Part shown: piece after piece, positions 1 to 6,934 of the stretch
How positions within the stretch are numbered: the stretch's first letter is position 1
Layout of the letters: each line of letters starts with the position of its first letter
NCBI GenBank assembly: GCA_018985225.1
Contig: JADGIF010000228.1
Span: 1-13,723, forward strand
Reading direction: 5' to 3'
From: Amoeboradix gromovi X-113
Lineage: Eukaryota; Fungi; Sanchytriomycota
Length of the DNA: 13,723 nucleotides
Notes under the pieces: generated by a model
Database searches by the model: none
What the model saw: the letters and a program-made list of their open reading frames with translations, nothing else
Told to the model about the DNA's origin: nothing
Program-made: the position numbers and the translations under genes

Positions 1-60
1 TGGTCTTACCACTCGTCCAACAATAGAGATCATATGGCAGTTAAGAACATATACATCAAG

Positions 61-117
61 TATATACATCATTATTTAATCCCGCCCTGGGTAGTGAAAG
101 CGTGAGCAATCACTGTA
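61..117. mobile_element. Dispersed repeat copy A; probable Tc1/mariner-like transposon end (...CACTG|TA)
   Basis: 61-118 aligns to 11808-11866 at about 46/59 by hand (26/30 in the terminal part). Similarity ends right after CACTG-TA-A. The minus strand reads TA|CAGTGATTGCTC..., the TA + CAGT pattern typical of Tc1/mariner ends. Confidence 0.55.
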
Positions 118-232
118 ACAGATTTACTAGCATTGCTAGTTTCTCTGTAAAAGTTTTCGGTTTTCTCGGAAATTAAGACTTTTAACGAGTTGTTTATAAT
201 TCAGTGAGCATGACCCAGTTGTTTCATTTTCA

Positions 233-648
233 ATGGGATACGTAAAAGAAGAAGTAGTTACTGATTTCGGTTGGGAGCCGATACCTGAAAGAAAATGGAA
301 GCATGATATGTGGAGATTCTGGGAGGATCCAATGACCTTCTTTCGAGCTTGTATTTGCCCCTGTGTGGTCTATGCTGATCTAAGAGAAATGCTGGAACCA
401 GAGCAAAGCTACTTTAACTCGATTATACTATATGTAGTAACTTTTCCGATGTTCAAGCATTTTCTTCTTAGTGGCGCGCAGAGAGCTATAATTAGGGGGA
501 GATTTTTTATTTCCGAAGACGAGAAGCTTGGTACTTCATATATAATATAGGGGACTACTGCACTCATTTATGGTGCTACTCATGCTCACTGACACAAGAA
601 AAAAGAGAGTTGGAAGACATCGTGCTGGAGAGAACGAAAACATCATAA
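233..648 (+). CDS. PLAC8-family cysteine-rich protein, join(233..530,551..648), 131 aa
   Basis: N-terminal W..D+ ... ACICPCVVY motif. After removing intron 531-550 the frame continues R..IRGRF.I...GDYCTHLWCYSCSLTQEKREL, the PLAC8 C-terminal C..C.L.QE.REL motif. Stop TAA at 646-648. Confidence 0.88.
531..550 (+). other. 20-nt spliceosomal intron GTACTTCATATATAATATAG (phase 1)
   Basis: GT-AG ends. Unspliced, its terminal TAG is an in-frame stop. Spliced, it restores the conserved PLAC8 C-terminus. Confidence 0.9.
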
Positions 649-662
649 TAAAACTGTGAATT

Positions 663-3362
663 TTAAATAACATTTATTAGCTCTAGTCCGAACCCAGCTA
701 CTAGCAGCTTGTCATCCAATACTGCAAGCCTTGCAGTATCTGAGATTGTTGTTCTGCAAACTATAGTTCCATTTCCATTTTCAACTCTGTAAATATTTTG
801 CTCTAATCCAGAAATGTAAACTGAATCTCTGAATACAATGCAGGTTGTCAACGGAGAGTAGGACAAAAAGGAGTCTTTTAGTTTGATAACTAAGTTGGAC
901 TTGAAGTCAATTCTACAAATCGCAAGGTATCCATCATCTCCAACACAATACACCTTATCTCCTAATATACAAAAATCATGGATTCCTGTCTGCATAACGA
1001 GCGTATTTACATTCGAAGTCTTCAAGGACTTTTTTAAGAACCTATTTTTCAATATTTTGCTGTTGTTTAAGTTAATCCCAAGCTGAGAAAATTGCATCAG
1101 AGCAAATACTCCTTTTGAAGTCCCACAAGCAACATAAAAGTCATATCCAAAAAGCATCAGCTTTATAGAAAATACAGAACTGTCGATAAACCATTCGCAA
1201 ACATGACTAAACCTATTACTGCCAAAGTCAAAGTATAATATACGAACAAACGCATCGGAATACCCAACGGCCATGATGATTCCATTTTCAATTTCAATGC
1301 AAGATAAGCACATACATCTAATTTCATCAATGTCTCCCGATATTGGGCAGCATCCTAATTTTGTTATCGATAAACTCTTGTCCGGGTTCAAAAACAGTTT
1401 CCAAGAGATAATAATTTCTTTGCCGCCCACAGTAACTAGGACATCATTTGTTATACACATTCCTTTAATTACAGTCTGATGAGCATTTAAACAGCATCTG
1501 AGCTCCCAAGTATCTTGAAACTCATATCCCTTGAGAAATCCGCTCTCGCCACCACATAGCAAAATACCTTTGTACACTTGGCAATCCCTTAGTTCTCTTC
1601 CAAATAAAGATGGTTGAATTTGCTGGCATAGTTTGTAAGACGGTAATCTGTTGAACTGAAATAATTTCTTTCCCATTAAAAATGTAAATTTGCAGCTGGA
1701 TATCTCTTCTGAATAGTAACTGTACGAACGATGGGCTCCACCGCACTCAACCGATAATATTTCTCGCTCCCGATCGACGGAGTATACACTCATAGTCTTT
1801 CTAAAGAAGTTTAAAAATACCAATCCGCTTTCCGTTACTGCTATCTTTTCGGTCCATCCTTTTGTTATCTTCTTATCCATGATCAAACAGATCCTCTTAT
1901 TGCGTAGTTCCCAATAACATACATTCCCGTTTCTTCCACAGGTTATGATTCTAGAATCAACTACCTTGATGTCAGAAATAGTTTCCTCATTGTGCCCCAC
2001 TACAGACGATATAACATTCAAATCTTCATCAAAAACAATCAAAACACCAAGTCGAGTCCCAACAATCAACATATCTTTGTACATTTGGAATGATCTGAAA
2101 GTAAAATCCACCTTCTGGATGTTTTTATGTACCAGTTCCAAGTATTTGTTCAATTTGAAATATACAAAGTCCAAATCAAGAGTCTGGCACGCTACATATA
2201 CAATACCCTGACGGATATGAGCGCCAATTACAGTTATTTTACATTTTAGACAGAGGTCCACTATCTTTGTTGTGCTTTCTAAAATATCATAAAGTAAGAC
2301 TTTCCCTGTTATATCTCCAAACAGGATGAACTGCTTAACAGAAGTCGCAACGTAATAATTATCTTTCAAGTGTATGTGATCCATAATCTTCCAACTATCA
2401 TCATATGAAAAAATTCTTCCAAAATTTGTAATATTTACAGTCTTTGAAAGGTCATTTGCGAAAGTATATTTAAGATGCTCATGTTCTAAATACGGTGGTA
2501 GTGAGTGTTGTAGCAAATCTCGATTTTCAACATAGCTATGATTTACATTTAAAGGCCACTGTAGTATTCCACCATCGTTCCCTCCAGTCACAAAGCAGTT
2601 GTGCTCTTTCACAATGTCTATAGCCCAGACGTGTTTAGGTTCGTGGGCTTTTAATGTTACTAATGACTTGCTTATAGTTTTAGTCGATGTTGGTAAAACC
2701 AGCGGGAACACATGAACACCTGCATCCTCAGAGACTGCAAAGACATTATTGTCGCTTAAACATGCGTTCCATACACGACCAGCTCCCACTTTGTAGGTTG
2801 TGACATTAAGACTTTTTAAGCAAGTCATCTTCAGGGTTCTATCTTCTGAGCAAGTTATCAAAATGTCATCTATAAGCTTTACTTTGAATATAAAACCATC
2901 ATGCGCTTTGAACTTTTTGATTATCCCATTCTCATCCCAAACGACGACCCAGCCGAACACACTAGCACCAACTAACACTTTATCAATACATGCAGCATAT
3001 AACTTAGGCTGGCTTGGACAACCAAACTTCTTTACAAGATTTAAATCGTAATCGAATTCATAATAGACGCTGTTTGCTGTCAAAATCTTAATGTTGCCTT
3101 GCATCTTTAATTCTAAGACAAAATCGTTAACCTCGTAAGTCTTCTTATTTTTGAAATCACTGTCAACTACGCAAATTAAATATCCGCCATTAAATGCAAT
3201 CTTATTACTTGCAGTACAGATGTGATGTATCCTCTGATAATCAAATACTTTGAAATACTTCCTCTTGTTTAGTACAACATTAAAAGTCATAAGATAAGAG
3301 CCTACTCCGCAATAAACAGTATCCTTTTCACAATATATGAAAGTCACCGGCGAAATGATCAT
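663..3362 (-). CDS. WDR6: WDR6/Rtt10 (Trm734)-like WD40 protein, partner of the Trm7 tRNA 2'-O-methyltransferase, 899 aa
   Basis: Many WD40 repeats (AHDGFIF..TCSEDRTL, GRVW, AHEPKHVW, TGGNDGGI, TCGRNG) plus the family-typical motifs CGGAHRS and (H/F)GRELR. Confidence 0.85.
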   Translation of the reverse strand: MIISPVTFIYCEKDTVYCGVGSYLMTFNVVLNKRKYFKVFDYQRIHHICTASNKIAFNGGYLICVVDSDFKNKKTYEVNDFVLELKMQGNIKILTANSVYYEFDYDLNLVKKFGCPSQPKLYAACIDKVLVGASVFGWVVVWDENGIIKKFKAHDGFIFKVKLIDDILITCSEDRTLKMTCLKSLNVTTYKVGAGRVWNACLSDNNVFAVSEDAGVHVFPLVLPTSTKTISKSLVTLKAHEPKHVWAIDIVKEHNCFVTGGNDGGILQWPLNVNHSYVENRDLLQHSLPPYLEHEHLKYTFANDLSKTVNITNFGRIFSYDDSWKIMDHIHLKDNYYVATSVKQFILFGDITGKVLLYDILESTTKIVDLCLKCKITVIGAHIRQGIVYVACQTLDLDFVYFKLNKYLELVHKNIQKVDFTFRSFQMYKDMLIVGTRLGVLIVFDEDLNVISSVVGHNEETISDIKVVDSRIITCGRNGNVCYWELRNKRICLIMDKKITKGWTEKIAVTESGLVFLNFFRKTMSVYSVDREREILSVECGGAHRSYSYYSEEISSCKFTFLMGKKLFQFNRLPSYKLCQQIQPSLFGRELRDCQVYKGILLCGGESGFLKGYEFQDTWELRCCLNAHQTVIKGMCITNDVLVTVGGKEIIISWKLFLNPDKSLSITKLGCCPISGDIDEIRCMCLSCIEIENGIIMAVGYSDAFVRILYFDFGSNRFSHVCEWFIDSSVFSIKLMLFGYDFYVACGTSKGVFALMQFSQLGINLNNSKILKNRFLKKSLKTSNVNTLVMQTGIHDFCILGDKVYCVGDDGYLAICRIDFKSNLVIKLKDSFLSYSPLTTCIVFRDSVYISGLEQNIYRVENGNGTIVCRTTISDTARLAVLDDKLLVAGFGLELINVI

Positions 3363-3758
3363 TTTTTATTTTACTCCTTTTGTGAATCTCCTAAGTCAAA
3401 TGTCAACAACTCAAATTCATGCATTCCACAAACTTCAAGCTTAAGCGGCTTTAGTAGAAGCAATATAGAGTATTTTGTCCCACATTAATTTGTTTGCCTG
3501 AATTCAAATTTCAATTATCTTGGTAACTGCAATTTAAACAACCATGTAGTGGTTTGCTGAGATTGATATCATCGTGTTAAAGAAAACTGTCATTGAGATA
3601 GAGTGATTTAATAATAACTCTACTTTCTCCTTACCTACATTTATGCGTGAGTTATTGTCTAAATGTTGAAGAATTGATATCAATTAGAGAAGCATCGAAC
3701 AACATTTGGAGAAATCCATATGAATAGAGCACCTATTTATTACCAAGTCTTACTCAGA

Positions 3759-5514
3759 CTAAATTGGTCGAATTTTGACTTCATCTAGTAAACTTGCTTC
3801 TTCTTTATTGTTTTCCTTGGGATAGAATATTTCTTCAAGTCCGTTCTGCATCTGACTTATTAACGAGACATCTTTAGCTATGGCTTCCAAATAGAACCCT
3901 TGGGCGCTTCCAATTTCTCCAGTTAGTGTGCATAATTGTGCGTTAAGCATTTTCAGTGATGGGTGATCGTGGGTGATGCTTTTCAGAGTCTTCAGCGCAC
4001 CACATGCTTCCTATATTAGCACAGAATACATCTATAAGATTCATTTGAATACACAAAATCACTTTCTCATTAAGAAGCCCTTTATCTAACGGGTATAAAC
4101 TCAATGCGCTGCACAAAACTTCATATGCTTCTGCGAGCTTATCGGATTTTCTGTACACTTCAGCCAGCAGCTTTTTATTTGTTTCTGAATTTGGTTTTAA
4201 TCGCTCTGATTCCTGCAAAGTCATTAATGCGTTTGGGAGATTATTAGTACGCATCAATAAATACCCTAAGCCTGTCAATACCCTAGGGTCCTTGTTGTTC
4301 CTCTTTCTTGCCAAATTAAAATATGTGGATGCCAAATCTAATCTATCATCTGCCATTGCAATCCAGCCACCCACACCAGCAGAAAAGCCACTCTGATCGG
4401 TGGCAATAGATGCATCTAGCTCATTTATTGCGCTTATAGTATCATGTTTTAACGCAAATAAACAGCCATTGCATAAGTAATATTGCCATGATTTAGGGAA
4501 ATATTTTATTAATTTACTTTTTAAATCAGACAGTCTATATAGATCTTGGTTGATCCATAATATAACTATGATATGTTCAATTCCGGTTAAGGTAAATTCA
4601 AAGTTCTCTAGATGTTCTGAGATTGAAAATAAGACGTCTGAAAGTGGAAAAGTGAGCTCATGTTGACAAATAATGCGTAATATAGAAGAAAACGCGTTTC
4701 CTTTATTCAGTGCATCTATGCTATTCAAAATAGAATAAGATTCCTTGAAATTATTGGAGCAAAGCAGTTCAAAAGCTGAAATAACATTTTTAAACCCATC
4801 ATCTACTAAAATAGAAGCTTCGTACTTACTTACTGATTTCACCGGATTCAAACGCTGTCTTTTAATAGAAGATATATCTGCGCTGACTTGACTAGATTTG
4901 CGTTTATTCGATTTGACGGCAATTCGAAGGTTTGATTTCGAAATTGTTAGATTGCTTTGTAGAAATGTGTTATGGGCTCGTGTAACTATGCCAGGATCCC
5001 CTAAAACTGCTTCTTCAGCTAGAATATTGTTCTCTTCGCTGCTTTCAGAATCCTTATTAATAAATAGTGCTTCGCTAATTTTGGCTCCCATTATTGCAGC
5101 TTCCTTGTATGTATGGATTAGCAAAGAGTTTAACTTCACAGCCTTCTCAAAATGGCGTCTGCACGTGTTAGAGTCACCTGTAATGCGACACAATTTAGCA
5201 AAAACTATGTGAATATATTCAGATCCTTCATTTTGAACCAAATATGTTTTAATGGACTTGAATGCCTTGGTTGGATTGCATTCTATAGAGGATAAACCAT
5301 ATAAGCATAGCAGTCTCTCGCTTAGTTGGATATGTTGGCTCTCTCTATCTATTAGGTAAAATACGCAATTTTTACGATCCATCAAGTAAAGTACTTGAGC
5401 ATATACTTCAAGGCTCTTTTGATTATTATTAGAATTAAACATCATTTCTGCATATATTAGGGCTTCGTCGTACATAAAATTTTGGCAGAAGTTTTCAATT
5501 ATGTTGAAAATCAT
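3759..5514 (-). CDS. CDC27: Divergent APC/C TPR subunit CDC27/APC3, complement(join(3759..4010,4030..5514)), 578 aa
   Basis: NFMYDEALIYAEMMF resembles NHYAYRDAVFLAERLY. AVKLNSLL..YKEAAIMG resembles SLSLNPFLW..FESLCEIG. A low-complexity linker is followed by GIEHIIVILW (cf. GMEIYSTTLW) and SWQYYLCNGCLFAL (cf. SPEAWCAAGNCFSL). The two listed ORFs join through a 19-nt intron into continuous TPR helices. Confidence 0.75.
4011..4029 (-). other. 19-nt spliceosomal intron GTATTCTGTGCTAATATAG (phase 0)
   Basis: GT-AG ends with a GCTAAT branch-point-like motif. Removal joins ...MNLID to EACGALKTLKSITHDHPSLKMLNAQL..., in frame with ORF 3759..3950. Confidence 0.9.
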
Positions 5515-5536
5515 GATTTTGGCAGAGGCTTGGAAT

Positions 5537-5851
5537 ATGTTTTACATGGGAATTTTTGGAATTTTATTAAAAAGGGAGTACCCTGATTATACTCCAGTAT
5601 ACTTACCATTAGATGGGGTGTACATTGCAGATACTGCTGATTATGGTAATTTGACTTTAATGGCAGATGAATCTTCAATTGAAAGTTTATTTGCAAAATC
5701 CAACTTTACGTTGCCTTTCTCCAACACAACTAACCAAAACAACGATGTACATGTATCTGAGATTCAATCCTCCCAAGATTCTCAGTTAAACCAATTTTTA
5801 ATCTGGTCAAATTGTGGAAACGGGTTATTAGTCGATTTTCTAACATATTAA
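5537..5851 (+). CDS. Small hypothetical protein, possibly secreted (104 aa from ATG 5537; start uncertain)
   Basis: The ORF fills the gap between two genes. It has a short hydrophobic N-terminus followed by KR, three N-x-T sequons (NLT, NFT, NTT), and a stop overlapping AATAAA. No family recognised. Confidence 0.5.
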   Translation: MFYMGIFGILLKREYPDYTPVYLPLDGVYIADTADYGNLTLMADESSIESLFAKSNFTLPFSNTTNQNNDVHVSEIQSSQDSQLNQFLIWSNCGNGLLVDFLTY

Positions 5852-5863
5852 TAAATATTTATT
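5850..5863. terminator. Palindromic bidirectional polyadenylation-signal candidate AATAAATATTTATT
   Basis: AATAAA on + (5850-5855) overlaps stop 5849-5851. AATAAA on - (5863-5858) overlaps stop 5861-5859. Confidence 0.6.
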
Positions 5864-6801
5864 GTAACGTGCTTAATGAATCCAGAAGCGAGTTTTCTAC
5901 AGTATTTTCGTTTATAGAGAATATATCAATGCACGGGTAATAGTCATCAACTACTACTTTTGCTGATTTTCCGTTCTTTTCAAACCTATAGCTGTTGTCA
6001 TCTATATCTGCGATAATCCAGCTAAGTTAGTAAAATATACCCCTGTTCTTTAATTTCATTAAATAACCTCGCTCTTTTGATAGTGGAGTAACTCTTCAAA
6101 TCCCTATTACGAAACGATTCCTTTAGAAAGTTGGTTTTCGCAAAGTTTTCCTGGTACTCCGCGTCGACCTTTGAGTCTATTTGCAATAACTGTTGTTCTT
6201 TTTGATCAATTATGCTAGCTATTTTGGTTTTTTCGTTATCCAATTCTTTATATTCCTCTTTTTTCACCTCAAGCTCATTGTTTAGACTCATAAGTACTTT
6301 TTTAAGGTCAAGCTCTTTAAATTTCAGTTTTTCTAGGACTTCTTGTCTTTTAAATATTGATTCCTGATACTTTTGCTGATCTTGCATTCTCTGATCAATT
6401 GTAACCTGATTTTCCATCATTTTATCCTTTAAATTAGACTCTATTTCTGCAAGTTTCTTCCGTTTTGCCTCAATTCTACTGATAACTTCTTTTATTCGTG
6501 ACACCATGTCAACAACGTCATATATTTCTTGCTCTATTTTATCCTGTAAAACTTTATTAGATGCTTGCTTCTCATGAACTTCCTTCTCTACAAGTGCCAA
6601 TAGTCTTTGTTTGTCTTGAAGCAAACCTATCGAGGGAAATCTTGGGATATCATCAAGTAGTCTCTTTAATGTATCATGCTCAGAAACAAGATCATAATAT
6701 GCCGCAGAATTTCTCTCATATTGGTCTACTATTTCGAAATTCGTAGGGTTGTCGAATTTAGTAAGAAATGATTTTGCCTCATCAACGAGATTATGTTTCA
6801 T
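5859..6801 (-). CDS. Coiled-coil protein with a short C-terminal globular region, complement(join(5859..6021,6041..6801)), 307 aa
   Basis: Long E/K/Q/L heptad-rich ORF. Splicing 6022-6040 extends it with GWIIADIDDNSYRFEKNGKSAKVVVDDYYPCIDIFS...LSTLQ to a TAA fused to AATAAA. Confidence 0.8.
6022..6040 (-). other. 19-nt spliceosomal intron GTATATTTTACTAACTTAG (phase 2)
   Basis: GT-AG ends with a perfect TACTAAC branch point. The terminal TAG is the in-frame stop of the unspliced ORF. Splicing opens 53 more sense codons. Confidence 0.9.
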
Positions 6802-6934
6802 ATCGATTTTATCGCTTGCGCCTCATTAGATGTCCTGTATTTCTAGAATATCAAGAATTCCCATTGAGAAACGGAAAAGGAAATAAATGGTCTACTCAAC
6901 TTAAATCCCAAGCTGACGTCTGAATTGTTTCAAA

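Noticed and set aside
81-120. Repeat as U1 snRNA, hammerhead/HDV ribozyme, TPP riboswitch or LTR end
   Set aside because: It lacks ACTTACCTG, the CTGANGA core and consistent HDV pairings. The TGTTAC LTR-like end is present in only one copy.
883-3051. Short ORFs inside WDR6 (883, 1273, 1522, 1945, 2800)
   Set aside because: Antisense or alternate-frame shadows of a long conserved gene, with no recognisable motifs.
3759-3950. 63-aa ORF as a separate gene
   Set aside because: It is exon 2 of CDC27, joined through the 19-nt intron.
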